Positions 21,631 to 33,187 of a stretch of 64,000 nt of DNA are shown here, in pieces (within the stretch, counting starts at the first letter, position 1; every line of letters begins with the position of its first letter). Made by a program: the position numbers and the translations under genes. The notes beneath the pieces were generated by a model. The model did no database searches, was not told where the DNA came from, and saw nothing but the letters and a program-made list of their open reading frames with translations. Where the stretch lies: NCBI RefSeq assembly GCF_057098645.1, contig NZ_CM169472.1, one strand, 5' to 3'.

Positions 21631-24600
21631 GTGAAGTTTTTTGCCCTCTTCATTTACCGTCCGGTGGCGACGATTTTACTGTCGGTTGCCATTACCCTGT
21701 GCGGCATACTGGGCTTCCGTATGCTGCCGGTCGCCCCGCTGCCGCAGGTCGATTTTCCGGTGATTATGGTCAGCGCCTCGCTGCCCGGTGCGTCACCAGA
21801 AACAATGGCGTCTTCCGTTGCCACGCCGCTGGAGCGCTCACTTGGGCGCATTGCCGGAGTCAGTGAAATGACCTCCAGCAGTTCGCTCGGCAGCACGCGT
21901 ATTATTTTGCAGTTTGATTTTGACCGGGATATCAACGGCGCAGCGCGTGATGTGCAGGCGGCGATCAACGCTGCACAAAGTTTGCTGCCCAGTGGGATGC
22001 CCAGCCGCCCGACCTATCGCAAAGCGAACCCGTCGGATGCGCCAATTATGATCCTCACGCTGACGTCCGATACTTATTCGCAGGGTGAACTGTACGATTT
22101 CGCCTCGACGCAGCTGGCTCCGACGATTTCGCAAATCGACGGTGTTGGTGATGTCGATGTCGGAGGCAGCTCACTGCCCGCCGTACGCGTCGGGCTGAAT
22201 CCGCAGGCGCTGTTTAATCAGGGCGTGTCGCTGGACGACGTACGCACCGCCGTCAGCAATGCCAACGTGCGTAAACCGCAGGGCGCGCTGGAAGATGGCA
22301 CTCACCGCTGGCAGATCCAGACCAATGATGAGCTAAAAACCGCCGCTGAATATCAGCCGTTGATTATTCATTACAACAACGGCGGCGCGGTTCGTCTGGG
22401 CGATGTGGCGACGGTGACCGACTCAGTGCAGGATGTGCGCAACGCCGGGATGACCAACGCCAAACCGGCTATTTTACTGATGATCCGCAAACTGCCGGAA
22501 GCCAATATTATCCAGACGGTTGACAGCATCCGGGCAAAATTACCGGAGTTGCAGGAAACCATTCCGGCGGCGATTGATCTGCAAATTGCCCAGGATCGCT
22601 CCCCCACCATTCGCGCCTCGCTGGAAGAAGTCGAGCAAACGCTGATTATCTCGGTGGCGCTGGTGATTCTGGTGGTGTTTTTATTCCTGCGCTCGGGTCG
22701 CGCCACTATTATTCCCGCCGTTTCGGTGCCGGTTTCGCTGATTGGTACGTTTGCGGCGATGTACCTGTGCGGATTCAGTCTCAATAACCTTTCGTTAATG
22801 GCGCTCACCATCGCTACTGGTTTCGTGGTGGATGACGCCATCGTGGTGCTGGAAAACATTGCACGTCATCTGGAAGCGGGAATGAAACCGTTGCAAGCCG
22901 CACTGCAAGGTACTCGCGAAGTCGGTTTTACGGTGCTGTCGATGAGTCTGTCACTGGTGGCGGTGTTCCTGCCGCTGCTGTTGATGGGCGGATTGCCGGG
23001 CCGACTGTTACGCGAGTTTGCCGTGACGCTTTCTGTCGCCATTGGTATTTCGTTGCTGGTTTCTCTGACATTAACGCCAATGATGTGTGGCTGGATGCTG
23101 AAAGCCAGCAAGCCGCGCGAGCAAAAGCGACTGCGTGGTTTTGGTCGCATGTTGGTAGCCCTGCAACAAGGCTACGGCAAGTCACTGAAATGGGTGCTCA
23201 ATCATACCCGTCTGGTGGGCGTGGTGCTGCTTGGCACCATTGCGCTGAATATCTGGCTGTATATCTCGATCCCGAAAACCTTCTTCCCGGAGCAGGACAC
23301 TGGCGTGTTGATGGGCGGGATTCAGGCGGATCAGAGTATTTCGTTTCAGGCGATGCGCGGTAAGTTGCAGGATTTCATGAAAATTATCCGTGACGATCCG
23401 GCAGTGGATAATGTCACCGGCTTTACAGGCGGTTCGCGAGTGAACAGCGGGATGATGTTTATCACCCTCAAGCCACGCGACGAACGCAGCGAAACGGCGC
23501 AGCAAATTATCGACCGTCTGCGCGTAAAACTGGCGAAAGAACCGGGGGCGAATCTGTTCCTGATGGCGGTACAGGATATTCGCGTTGGTGGGCGTCAGTC
23601 GAACGCCAGCTACCAGTACACGTTGTTATCCGACGACCTGGCGGCACTGCGCGAATGGGAGCCGAAAATCCGCAAAAAACTGGCGACGTTGCCGGAACTG
23701 GCGGACGTGAACTCCGATCAGCAGGATAACGGCGCGGAGATGAATCTGGTTTACGACCGTGACACCATGGCACGGCTGGGAATCGACGTACAAGCCGCCA
23801 ACAGTCTGTTAAATAACGCCTTCGGTCAGCGGCAAATCTCGACCATTTACCAGCCGATGAACCAGTATAAAGTGGTGATGGAAGTGGATCCGCGCTATAC
23901 CCAGGACATCAGTGCGCTGGAAAAAATGTTCGTTATCAATAACGAAGGCAAAGCGATCCCGCTGTCGTATTTCGCTAAATGGCAACCGGCGAATGCCCCA
24001 CTATCGGTGAATCATCAGGGATTATCGGCGGCCTCGACCATTTCGTTCAACCTGCCGACCGGAAAATCGCTCTCGGACGCCAGTGCGGCGATCGATCGCG
24101 CAATGACCCAGCTTGGTGTGCCTTCGACGGTGCGCGGCAGTTTTGCCGGAACAGCGCAGGTGTTCCAGGAGACGATGAACTCACAGGTGATCCTGATTAT
24201 CGCCGCCATCGCCACGGTGTATATCGTGCTGGGTATCCTTTACGAGAGTTATGTGCACCCGCTGACGATTCTCTCCACCCTGCCCTCGGCGGGTGTTGGA
24301 GCGCTGCTGGCGCTGGAGCTGTTCAATGCCCCGTTCAGCCTAATCGCCCTGATAGGGATCATGCTATTAATCGGCATCGTGAAGAAAAACGCCATTATGA
24401 TGGTCGATTTTGCGCTTGAAGCCCAACGGCACGGTAACCTGACGCCGCAGGAAGCTATTTTCCAGGCCTGTCTGCTGCGTTTTCGCCCGATTATGATGAC
24501 TACCCTGGCGGCGCTGTTTGGCGCGCTGCCGCTGGTGTTGTCGGGCGGCGACGGCTCGGAGCTGCGGCAACCCCTGGGGATCACCATTGTCGGCGGACTG

Positions 24601-24708
24601 GTAATGAGCCAGCTCCTTACGCTGTATACCACGCCGGTGGTGTATCTCTTTTTCGACCGTCTGCGGCTGCGTTTTTCGCGTAAACCTAAACAAACGGTAA
24701 CCGAGTAA
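21631..24708 (+). CDS. mdtC: RND multidrug efflux transporter MdtC
   Basis: 1025-aa ORF paralogous to MdtB, immediately downstream. Confidence 0.9.
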   Translation: MKFFALFIYRPVATILLSVAITLCGILGFRMLPVAPLPQVDFPVIMVSASLPGASPETMASSVATPLERSLGRIAGVSEMTSSSSLGSTRIILQFDFDRDINGAARDVQAAINAAQSLLPSGMPSRPTYRKANPSDAPIMILTLTSDTYSQGELYDFASTQLAPTISQIDGVGDVDVGGSSLPAVRVGLNPQALFNQGVSLDDVRTAVSNANVRKPQGALEDGTHRWQIQTNDELKTAAEYQPLIIHYNNGGAVRLGDVATVTDSVQDVRNAGMTNAKPAILLMIRKLPEANIIQTVDSIRAKLPELQETIPAAIDLQIAQDRSPTIRASLEEVEQTLIISVALVILVVFLFLRSGRATIIPAVSVPVSLIGTFAAMYLCGFSLNNLSLMALTIATGFVVDDAIVVLENIARHLEAGMKPLQAALQGTREVGFTVLSMSLSLVAVFLPLLLMGGLPGRLLREFAVTLSVAIGISLLVSLTLTPMMCGWMLKASKPREQKRLRGFGRMLVALQQGYGKSLKWVLNHTRLVGVVLLGTIALNIWLYISIPKTFFPEQDTGVLMGGIQADQSISFQAMRGKLQDFMKIIRDDPAVDNVTGFTGGSRVNSGMMFITLKPRDERSETAQQIIDRLRVKLAKEPGANLFLMAVQDIRVGGRQSNASYQYTLLSDDLAALREWEPKIRKKLATLPELADVNSDQQDNGAEMNLVYDRDTMARLGIDVQAANSLLNNAFGQRQISTIYQPMNQYKVVMEVDPRYTQDISALEKMFVINNEGKAIPLSYFAKWQPANAPLSVNHQGLSAASTISFNLPTGKSLSDASAAIDRAMTQLGVPSTVRGSFAGTAQVFQETMNSQVILIIAAIATVYIVLGILYESYVHPLTILSTLPSAGVGALLALELFNAPFSLIALIGIMLLIGIVKKNAIMMVDFALEAQRHGNLTPQEAIFQACLLRFRPIMMTTLAALFGALPLVLSGGDGSELRQPLGITIVGGLVMSQLLTLYTTPVVYLFFDRLRLRFSRKPKQTVTE

Positions 24709-26124
24709 ATGACAGATCTTCCCGACAGCACCCGTTGGCAATTGTGGATTGTGGCTTTCGGCTTCTTTATGCAGTCGCTGGACACCACCATCGTAAACAC
24801 CGCCCTTCCCTCAATGGCGCAAAGCCTCGGGGAAAGTCCGTTGCATATGCACATGGTCATTGTCTCTTATGTGCTGACCGTGGCGGTGATGCTGCCCGCC
24901 AGCGGCTGGCTGGCGGACAAAGTCGGCGTGCGCAATATTTTCTTTACCGCCATCGTGCTGTTTACTCTCGGTTCACTGTTTTGCGCGCTTTCCGGCACGC
25001 TGAACGAACTGTTGCTGGCACGCGCGTTACAGGGCGTTGGCGGCGCGATGATGGTGCCGGTCGGCAGATTGACGGTGATGAAAATCGTACCGCGCGAGCA
25101 ATATATGGCGGCGATGACCTTTGTCACGTTACCCGGTCAGGTCGGTCCGCTGCTCGGTCCGGCGCTCGGCGGTCTGCTGGTGGAGTACGCATCGTGGCAC
25201 TGGATCTTTTTGATCAACATTCCGGTGGGGATTATCGGTGCGATCGCCACATTGCTGTTAATGCCAAACTACACCATGCAGACGCGGCGCTTTGATCTCT
25301 CCGGATTTTTATTGCTGGCGGTTGGCATGGCGGTATTAACCCTGGCGCTGGACGGCAGTAAAGGTACAGGTTTATCGCCGCTGACGATTGCAGGCCTGGT
25401 CGCAGTTGGCGTGGTGGCACTGGTGCTTTATCTGCTGCACGCCAGAAATAACAACCGTGCCCTGTTCAGTCTGAAACTGTTCCGTACTCGTACCTTTTCG
25501 CTGGGCCTGGCGGGGAGCTTTGCCGGACGTATTGGCAGTGGCATGTTGCCCTTTATGACACCGGTTTTCCTGCAAATTGGCCTCGGTTTCTCGCCGTTTC
25601 ATGCCGGACTGATGATGATCCCGATGGTGCTTGGCAGCATGGGAATGAAGCGAATTGTGGTACAGGTGGTGAATCGCTTTGGTTATCGTCGGGTACTGGT
25701 AGCGACCACGCTGGGTCTGTCGCTGGTCACCCTGTTGTTTATGACTACCGCCCTGCTGGGCTGGTACTACGTTTTGCCGTTCGTCCTGTTTTTACAAGGG
25801 ATGGTCAACTCGACGCGTTTCTCCTCCATGAACACCCTGACGCTGAAAGATCTCCCGGACAATCTGGCGAGCAGCGGCAACAGCCTGCTGTCGATGATTA
25901 TGCAATTGTCGATGAGTATCGGCGTCACTATCGCCGGGCTGTTGCTGGGACTTTTTGGTTCACAGCATGTCAGCGTCGACAGCGGCACCACACAAACCGT
26001 CTTTATGTACACCTGGCTTAGCATGGCGTTGATCATCGCCCTTCCGGCGTTCATCTTTGCCAGAGTGCCGAACGATACGCATCAAAATGTAGCTATTTCG
26101 CGGCGAAAAAGGAGCGCGCAATGA
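24709..26124 (+). CDS. mdtD: MFS transporter MdtD
   Basis: 471-aa ORF, 14-TM MFS-like hydrophobic profile. Confidence 0.85.
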   Translation: MTDLPDSTRWQLWIVAFGFFMQSLDTTIVNTALPSMAQSLGESPLHMHMVIVSYVLTVAVMLPASGWLADKVGVRNIFFTAIVLFTLGSLFCALSGTLNELLLARALQGVGGAMMVPVGRLTVMKIVPREQYMAAMTFVTLPGQVGPLLGPALGGLLVEYASWHWIFLINIPVGIIGAIATLLLMPNYTMQTRRFDLSGFLLLAVGMAVLTLALDGSKGTGLSPLTIAGLVAVGVVALVLYLLHARNNNRALFSLKLFRTRTFSLGLAGSFAGRIGSGMLPFMTPVFLQIGLGFSPFHAGLMMIPMVLGSMGMKRIVVQVVNRFGYRRVLVATTLGLSLVTLLFMTTALLGWYYVLPFVLFLQGMVNSTRFSSMNTLTLKDLPDNLASSGNSLLSMIMQLSMSIGVTIAGLLLGLFGSQHVSVDSGTTQTVFMYTWLSMALIIALPAFIFARVPNDTHQNVAISRRKRSAQ

Positions 26125-27524
26125 AGTTCTGGCGACCCGGTATTACCGGCAAACTGTTTCTGGCGATTTTCGCCACCTGCATTGTCTTGCTGATCAGTAT
26201 GCACTGGGCGGTGCGTATCAGTTTTGAGCGTGGCTTTATTGATTACATCAAGCATGGTAATGAACAGCGATTACAACTGTTAAGTGATGCGCTTGGCGAG
26301 CAGTATGCGCAGCATGGCAACTGGCGCTTCCTGCGCAACAATGATCGCTTTGTCTTTCAGATCCTGCGTTCATTTGAACACGATAATTCGGAAGATAAAC
26401 CCGGCCCGGGTATGCCACCGCACGGCTGGCGTACCCAGTTCTGGGTGGTTGATCAAAACAACAAAGTGCTGGTTGGTCCGCGAGCGCCGATTCCACCTGA
26501 CGGTACACGGCGACCCATTCTGGTCAACGGTGCGGAAGTTGGCGCGGTGATCGCCTCCCCCGTTGAGCGGTTAACGCGCAATACTGATATCAATTTCGAT
26601 AAACAACAGCGGCAAACCAGCTGGTTGATTGTCGCCCTGGCAACGTTACTCGCGGCACTTGCCACTTTTCTGCTGGCGCGCGGTTTACTGGCACCGGTAA
26701 AACGACTTGTCGATGGCACGCACAAACTGGCGGCGGGCGATTTCACTACCCGCGTAACGCCCACCAGTGAAGATGAACTGGGCAAACTGGCGCAAGACTT
26801 CAACCAGCTTGCCAGCACACTGGAGAAAAACCAGCAAATGCGGCGCGATTTTATGGCCGATATTTCTCACGAACTGCGTACGCCATTAGCGGTGCTGCGC
26901 GGTGAACTGGAAGCCATTCAGGATGGCGTGCGTAAATTCACGCCGGAGACGGTGGCGTCTTTACAGGCGGAGGTCGGTACACTGACCAAACTGGTTGACG
27001 ATCTCCATCAGTTGTCGATGTCTGATGAAGGCGCTCTCGCCTATCAAAAAGCACCGGTAGATTTGATCCCACTGCTGGAAGTGGCGGGCGGCGCATTTCG
27101 CGAACGATTCGCCAGTCGTGGCCTGAAACTGCAATTTTCCCTGCCAGACAGTATTACCGTATTTGGCGATCGCGACCGTTTAATGCAGTTATTCAATAAC
27201 TTACTGGAAAACAGCCTGCGCTACACTGACAGCGGCGGCAGCCTGCAAATCTCTGCCGGGCAGCGCGACAAAACGGTGCGCCTGACCTTTGCCGACAGTG
27301 CGCCAGGTGTCAGTGACGATCAGCTACAAAAATTGTTTGAACGTTTTTATCGCACCGAAGGTTCCCGCAACCGTGCCAGCGGCGGTTCCGGGCTGGGGCT
27401 GGCGATTTGCCTGAACATTGTTGAAGCACATAATGGTCGCATTATTGCTGCCCATTCGCCTTTTGGCGGGGTAAGCATTACAGTAGAGTTACCGCTGGAA
27501 CGGGATTTACAGAGAGAAGTATGA
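26121..27524 (+). CDS. baeS: Envelope-stress sensor histidine kinase BaeS
   Basis: 467-aa ORF; two TM segments, HAMP, H-box ISHELRTPL, ATPase G-boxes (GGSGLGLAI). Confidence 0.9.
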
Positions 27525-28243
27525 CCGAGTTACCAATCGACGAAAACACACCGCGTATTTTGATCGTGGAAGATGAACCGAAGCTGGGGCAGTTGCTCAT
27601 TGATTATCTGCGTGCTGCGAGCTATGCGCCGACGCTTATCAGCCACGGCGATCAGGTACTGCCGTATGTGCGCCAGACACCACCGGATCTGATCCTGTTA
27701 GATCTGATGCTCCCTGGCACCGATGGCCTGACGCTGTGCCGGGAAATTCGTCGTTTTTCTGACATTCCGATCGTGATGGTGACGGCAAAAATCGAAGAGA
27801 TCGATCGCCTGCTGGGGCTGGAGATTGGCGCAGATGATTATATCTGTAAGCCGTACAGCCCACGGGAAGTGGTAGCGCGCGTCAAAACCATTTTGCGCCG
27901 TTGCAAACCGCAGCGCGAGTTGCAGCAACAGGATGCTGAAAGCCCGTTGATTATCGACGAAGGTCGTTTTCAGGCTTCATGGCGCGGTAAAATGCTTGAC
28001 CTGACGCCTGCGGAATTTCGTCTGCTGAAAACGCTCTCTCACGAACCAGGAAAAGTGTTCTCCCGCGAGCAATTGCTCAATCATCTTTATGACGACTACC
28101 GCGTAGTAACCGACCGCACCATCGACAGCCACATTAAAAACCTGCGCCGCAAGCTGGAATCTCTCGACGCCGAACAGTCATTTATCCGCGCCGTTTATGG
28201 CGTCGGTTACCGCTGGGAAGCCGACGCCTGCCGCATCGTTTAG
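27521..28243 (+). CDS. baeR: OmpR-family response regulator BaeR
   Basis: 240-aa ORF; receiver domain ([12 protein letters not shown]) plus winged-helix output domain. Confidence 0.9.
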
Positions 28244-28433
28244 TTTTAGCGACATTATTTTGTTAGCCGGAGATGGCGTTCAGACCAGATCCGGCAACAT
28301 TATCCCACGCATGGTCAGCAAACTGACATTATCTCTCCGCCCTGGCAGGCATCAGAAAATCGCTCATACTTTAATCGGTAAACAGCACCTTTAGATGCTG
28401 TTTTCGATACACAATTTCAATCAAGGAGTCATT

Positions 28434-28766
28434 ATGGCTGGTTGGTTTGAACTCAGTAAGAGCAGTGATAATCAGTTCCGGTTTGTGCTAAAAGCGGGCA
28501 ATGGTGAGACTATCCTCACCAGCGAGCTTTATACCTCAAAAGCCTCTGCGGAAAAGGGCATCGCGTCGGTGCGTAGCAACAGCCCGCAAGAAGAACGCTA
28601 TGAGAAAAAAACGGCAAGTAACGGCAAATTCTATTTCAATCTGAAAGCCGCTAATCATCAAATTATCGGCTCCAGCCAGATGTACGCCACCGCGCAATCT
28701 CGTGAAACCGGAATTGCCTCCGTTAAAGCCAATGGCACAAGCCAGACGGTGAAAGACAATACGTAA
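28434..28766 (+). CDS. yegP: Small protein of unknown function with two tandem DUF1508-type repeats
   Basis: ORF 28395..28766; likely start MAGWFELSK (28434), 110 aa; internal duplication (FRFVLKAGNGETILTSELYTSKASAEKGIASVRSN / FYFNLKAANHQIIGSSQMYATAQSRETGIASVKAN). Confidence 0.75.
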   Translation: MAGWFELSKSSDNQFRFVLKAGNGETILTSELYTSKASAEKGIASVRSNSPQEERYEKKTASNGKFYFNLKAANHQIIGSSQMYATAQSRETGIASVKANGTSQTVKDNT

Positions 28767-28912
28767 TTACGATGCCGGGCGTGGGTTGTTGGCGTCCGGC
28801 GCTTTACCAGATCCCCCCACAGCGCTACAATGCCCGCCCTTAAAGTGGAGGCACTCCCCTAACCGCTTCATCAGGTGAAGCGGATCTGACCTGTCATCAG
28901 AACGAGAGAATT

Positions 28913-30274
28913 ATGTTTAAACCGGAACTCCTTTCCCCGGCGGGAACGCTGAAAAATATGCGTTACGCTTTCGCTTATGGCGCAGATGCTGTTTATGCGG
29001 GCCAGCCGCGTTACTCCCTGCGTGTGCGCAACAACGAATTCAACCACGAAAATCTTCAGCTCGGCATCAATGAAGCCCACGCGCTGGGGAAAAAGTTTTA
29101 TGTCGTGGTCAACATTGCACCGCACAACGCCAAGCTGAAAACCTTTATCCGTGACCTGAAACCGGTGGTGGAAATGGGGCCGGATGCGCTGATTATGTCC
29201 GATCCAGGGCTGATTATGCTGGTGCGTGAGCACTTCCCTGAAATGCCGATCCACCTCTCGGTGCAGGCTAACGCCGTAAACTGGGCGACGGTGAAATTCT
29301 GGCAGCAAATGGGCCTGACCCGCGTGATCCTCTCTCGCGAGCTGTCGCTGGAAGAGATTGAAGAGATCCGCAATCAGGTGCCGGATATGGAGATCGAGAT
29401 CTTCGTTCACGGCGCACTGTGCATGGCCTACTCCGGTCGCTGCCTGCTCTCTGGCTATATCAACAAGCGCGATCCGAACCAGGGTACCTGCACCAACGCC
29501 TGCCGCTGGGAGTACAACGTCCAGGAAGGGAAAGAAGATGACGTTGGCAACATCGTACACAAGTACGAGCCGATTCCGGTGCAAAATGTTGAGCCGACGC
29601 TGGGTATCGGCGCGCCAACCGACAAAGTGTTTATGATCGAAGAAGCCCAGCGTCCGGGCGAGTATATGACCGCGTTTGAAGATGAGCACGGCACTTACAT
29701 CATGAACTCGAAAGATCTGCGCGCCATCGCCCATGTAGAACGCCTGACCAAAATGGGCGTGCATTCGCTGAAAATCGAAGGCCGTACTAAATCTTTCTAC
29801 TATTGCGCACGCACCGCACAGGTTTACCGTAAAGCTATCGATGACGCCGCTGCGGGCAAACCGTTCGATACCAGCCTGCTGGAAACTCTGGAAGGTCTGG
29901 CGCATCGTGGCTATACCGAAGGTTTCCTGCGTCGTCATACTCACGACGATTATCAGAACTACGAATACGGTTATTCAGTTTCTGACCGCCAGCAGTTTGT
30001 TGGTGAGTTTACCGGTGAGCGCAAGGGGGACCTCGCGGCGGTAGCGGTGAAAAATAAATTCTCCGTTGGCGACAGCCTTGAGCTGATGACGCCGCAAGGC
30101 AACATTAACTTTACCCTTGAGCACATGGAAAACGCCAAAGGTGAAGCGATGCCGGTCGCACCAGGCGATGGTTATACTGTGTGGCTCCCGGTCCCGCAGG
30201 ATCTTGAGCTCAATTACGCTCTGCTGATGCGTAATTTCTCCGGGGAAACCACGCGTAACCCACACGGTAAGTGA
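28913..30274 (+). CDS. trhP: U32-family peptidase-like enzyme (tRNA hydroxylation TrhP/YegQ)
   Basis: 453-aa ORF MFKPELLSPAGTLKNMRYAFAYGADAVYAGQPRY..., U32 family with conserved Cys cluster. Confidence 0.85.
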   Translation: MFKPELLSPAGTLKNMRYAFAYGADAVYAGQPRYSLRVRNNEFNHENLQLGINEAHALGKKFYVVVNIAPHNAKLKTFIRDLKPVVEMGPDALIMSDPGLIMLVREHFPEMPIHLSVQANAVNWATVKFWQQMGLTRVILSRELSLEEIEEIRNQVPDMEIEIFVHGALCMAYSGRCLLSGYINKRDPNQGTCTNACRWEYNVQEGKEDDVGNIVHKYEPIPVQNVEPTLGIGAPTDKVFMIEEAQRPGEYMTAFEDEHGTYIMNSKDLRAIAHVERLTKMGVHSLKIEGRTKSFYYCARTAQVYRKAIDDAAAGKPFDTSLLETLEGLAHRGYTEGFLRRHTHDDYQNYEYGYSVSDRQQFVGEFTGERKGDLAAVAVKNKFSVGDSLELMTPQGNINFTLEHMENAKGEAMPVAPGDGYTVWLPVPQDLELNYALLMRNFSGETTRNPHGK

Positions 30275-30358
30275 TTAATTTCGATTATTTTTCCCGGATG
30301 GAAAATTCTTAGAAACCGATCACATACAGCTGCATTTATTAAGGTTATCATCCGTTTC

Positions 30359-30445
30359 GCTGAAAAACATAACCCATAAAATGCTAGCTGTACCAGGAAC
30401 CACCTCCTTAGCCTGTGTAATCTCCCTTACACGGGCTTATTTTTT
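30359..30445 (+). ncRNA. cyaR: CyaR (RyeE) Hfq-dependent sRNA
   Basis: gctgaaaaacataacccataaaatgctagctgtaccaggaaccacctccttagcctgtgtaatctcccttacacgggcttattttttt: CCUCCU anti-SD seed, then terminator hairpin gcctgtgtaa/ttacacgggc plus U-tract; CRP half-site-like TCACA upstream. Confidence 0.75.
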
Positions 30446-30604
30446 TATGCATAAGCCCTATCTCTGGTAACCGTCTTCCATTGACCACATCGATAGAATC
30501 CTCCTTCATAGCACGATGCCTTTCACTTATCGGCATCGTGCTCCCACAGGTTCCGGCTACGCACAGCCAGAACGCGCATATTTGACGCTTACCAAAAAAT
30601 ATTC

Positions 30605-30922
30605 TCACTCTCCACATTTGAATGTCAGACGAGCGACACCATGTAATCCTACACCTTCTGTCTTCAGCTCAACTATTTGCATTTTTTTGCCCTGAGTAAC
30701 ACAGAAATGAGTTGCATCATTTTTTACTATATTTTCTGCACCAGATATTCTACCCCTGGCTAAAGAAGCTTCGGCTTCGGTGTAGTATTGGTTATCGAGT
30801 TTACGCTGAATATTACTTTTATATGCAAGACCAAATTTACCGATACTTGTCTCATCATTATGCACAGCACAACCAGACATAATAAAAATACTAATTAATG
30901 ATATAGCAGCTATCTTTTTCAT
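30605..30922 (-). CDS. yegR: Small lipoprotein of unknown function
   Basis: ORF 30605..30982; likely start MKKIAAISLISIFIMSGC (30922), 105 aa; signal peptide plus lipobox Cys; AT-rich codon usage. Confidence 0.7.
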   Translation of the reverse strand: MKKIAAISLISIFIMSGCAVHNDETSIGKFGLAYKSNIQRKLDNQYYTEAEASLARGRISGAENIVKNDATHFCVTQGKKMQIVELKTEGVGLHGVARLTFKCGE

Positions 30923-31327
30923 CTCACCTTCCCCCATTAAATACCAACGACACTCTCTAGTGTTTAAATATAATAATGGCATGATTATTATAATTGAATA
31001 GGATTATAATAAATGTTCTGTACAACATTTCCTACATAAGTAGGAATTACGGACATTGAGGCCCTTCAGGGTAACTCCATGGGGGCTTTAATATATTATA
31101 TTGAAGATGCCACTGTTTAGTTGAATATTAGGTATATGCTCTTTTTTGAAATTTATCGGTGGCAGCCGTTAGTATTCGCTGTCCCCATTGCAAGCTCCTG
31201 GTGGTAACCACTGAATCCTCCATACTTGAACTGACTTTTTATCCTCCGACTTTCATCCTGTTCTGACTCCACCTTTTGTTTTCTGCTCTACACTATCTAC
31301 AGACCAATCATAAAGGCACATACGATC

Positions 31328-32227
31328 ATGGCAGAATTTCCCGCCAGCTTACTGATTCTTAATGGCAAAAGTACTGACAATTTACCCTTGCGCGAAGCAA
31401 TTATGCTGTTGCGTGAGGAAGGAATGACGATCCATGTGCGGGTCACCTGGGAGAAAGGCGATGCCGCACGATATGTAGAGGAGGCCCGGAAGTTGGGCGT
31501 CGCAACGGTGATTGCTGGTGGTGGCGATGGCACCATTAATGAAGTTTCTACGGCGTTGATTCAGTGTGAGGGGGATGACATACCCGCGCTGGGAATTTTG
31601 CTATTAGGAACCGCCAATGATTTTGCCACCAGTGTAGGGATTCCTGAGGCACTGGATAAGGCGCTGAAACTGGCAATTGCCGGTGACGCCATTGCGATAG
31701 ATATGGCGCAGGTCAACAAACAAACCTGTTTTATTAATATGGCGACAGGCGGATTTGGGACGCGTATTACCACAGAAACGCCGGAAAAATTAAAAGCCGC
31801 GCTGGGTAGCGTCTCTTACATCATTCATGGCTTAATGCGTATGGATACTCTGCAACCGGACCGTTGTGAAATCCGCGGTGAAAACTTTCACTGGCAAGGT
31901 GACGCCCTGGTCATTGGTATTGGTAACGGGCGTCAGGCCGGTGGCGGTCAGCAATTGTGTCCGAACGCGTTAATTAACGATGGCTTGCTGCAACTGCGCA
32001 TTTTTACCGGCGATGAAATACTTCCGGCTCTCGTATCAACCTTAAAATCTGACGAAGATAACCCGAATATTATCGAAGGCGCTTCGTCGTGGTTTGATAT
32101 TCAGGCACCACACGACATCACCTTTAATCTTGATGGCGAACCGTTGAGTGGGCAAAATTTTCATATTGAAATACTTCCGGCAGCGTTGCGTTGTCGATTA
32201 CCACCAGATTGTCCACTGTTGCGTTAA
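31328..32227 (+). CDS. yegS: Lipid kinase YegS (DAGK_cat family)
   Basis: 299-aa ORF with diacylglycerol-kinase catalytic-domain motif ([13 protein letters not shown]). Confidence 0.85.
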   Translation: MAEFPASLLILNGKSTDNLPLREAIMLLREEGMTIHVRVTWEKGDAARYVEEARKLGVATVIAGGGDGTINEVSTALIQCEGDDIPALGILLLGTANDFATSVGIPEALDKALKLAIAGDAIAIDMAQVNKQTCFINMATGGFGTRITTETPEKLKAALGSVSYIIHGLMRMDTLQPDRCEIRGENFHWQGDALVIGIGNGRQAGGGQQLCPNALINDGLLQLRIFTGDEILPALVSTLKSDEDNPNIIEGASSWFDIQAPHDITFNLDGEPLSGQNFHIEILPAALRCRLPPDCPLLR

Positions 32228-32264
32228 TCAAACTATTCTCTCTTGAACCAGGGAGAATCCGTAA

Positions 32265-32301
32265 TGCCGGATGCGGTGTAAACACCTTATCCGGCATACA
32301 G
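32265..32301. repeat. REP element
   Basis: gccggatgcggtgtaaacaccttatccggcatac between yegS and gatR. Confidence 0.6.
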
Positions 32302-32308
32302 AACAATA

Positions 32309-33088
32309 CTACACCGTAATTAATTTTACCCGCGTCTTCTGCAATGCCAGTTTATCCACCTCTGACACAGCATCATCGGTAATAATAATGTCAATTTTTT
32401 CGATTGGTAGTACCTGATTAAAACCGCGACGGTTAAATTTCGATGAATCGAGAACGGCAATCACTTTATTAGCGGCTGTGACCATCGCACCGCTAATAGA
32501 ATAACCTTCATTAAAGGTCGTAATACCATTAACCGCATCAATACCATCAGCACCGACAAACATTAAATCGGCATTAATATCCTGTAATGAACGCTCGGCA
32601 ATGGAACCATGCATCGAGCGCGTTTTATGGCGGACCGTGCCACCACAGACGACCAGAGTAATGTCTTTATTTTCGGAAAGGGCAAACGCTGCCGGGAGAC
32701 TGTTGGTAATCACCGTGATATTTTTGGCGGTCATTAATCCTTCGGCGATAAGCATTGTCGTACTTCCGCTGTCGAGAATAACGGTCATCCCTTCGTGGAT
32801 CATTTTGACTGCCGCCTGCGCTATTCTGTTTTTTGGCGCGCTGGCGAGCTGAAATCGCTCTTTAAACCCGACTTCCTGGGTCTCGGTTTCACTATTACCA
32901 GACATTATTTTCGCCGCACCGCCATGAAAGCGCGTAACCACGCCTTTTTGTTCGAGAAAGCGCAAATCGGCACGGATTGTCGCTTCCGAGGCAGCAAATA
33001 CTCCCGCCAGATCCTGAACAAGCACGGTTCCCTGTTCATTCACTAATTGGATGATCTTATTCCTTCGCTCGAATGAATTCATCGTCAT
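32309..33088 (-). CDS. gatR: DeoR-family galactitol operon repressor GatR, apparently intact
   Basis: 259-aa uninterrupted ORF with N-terminal HTH and C-terminal DeoR sugar-binding domain. Confidence 0.85.
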   Translation of the reverse strand: MTMNSFERRNKIIQLVNEQGTVLVQDLAGVFAASEATIRADLRFLEQKGVVTRFHGGAAKIMSGNSETETQEVGFKERFQLASAPKNRIAQAAVKMIHEGMTVILDSGSTTMLIAEGLMTAKNITVITNSLPAAFALSENKDITLVVCGGTVRHKTRSMHGSIAERSLQDINADLMFVGADGIDAVNGITTFNEGYSISGAMVTAANKVIAVLDSSKFNRRGFNQVLPIEKIDIIITDDAVSEVDKLALQKTRVKLITV

Positions 33089-33187
33089 TTACCCATATTC
33101 AATTGTGGCTAGTGTAAACGAAGGGGGACCATTGGTGAATGATCTGTTTTGCACAATACCGGGCCAGCATCACGCTGGCCCGCGGTT

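Noticed and set aside
24249-25295. Overlapping ORFs of 203 aa (-) and 186 aa (+) at the mdtC/mdtD junction
   Set aside because: Alternative-frame or antisense ORFs within the RND/MFS transporter genes; Arg/Ser/Gly-rich low-complexity translations; no independent support.
28871-29944. 357-aa minus-strand ORF entirely inside trhP (yegQ)
   Set aside because: Antisense to a well-supported coding gene, no recognisable motifs, His/Arg/Val-rich composition typical of a GC-rich antisense frame; treated as spurious.
30275-31327. Prophage or integrase remnant between trhP and yegS
   Set aside because: No integrase, Ogr-like or tail-protein ORF is present; only cyaR, yegR and intergenic sequence.
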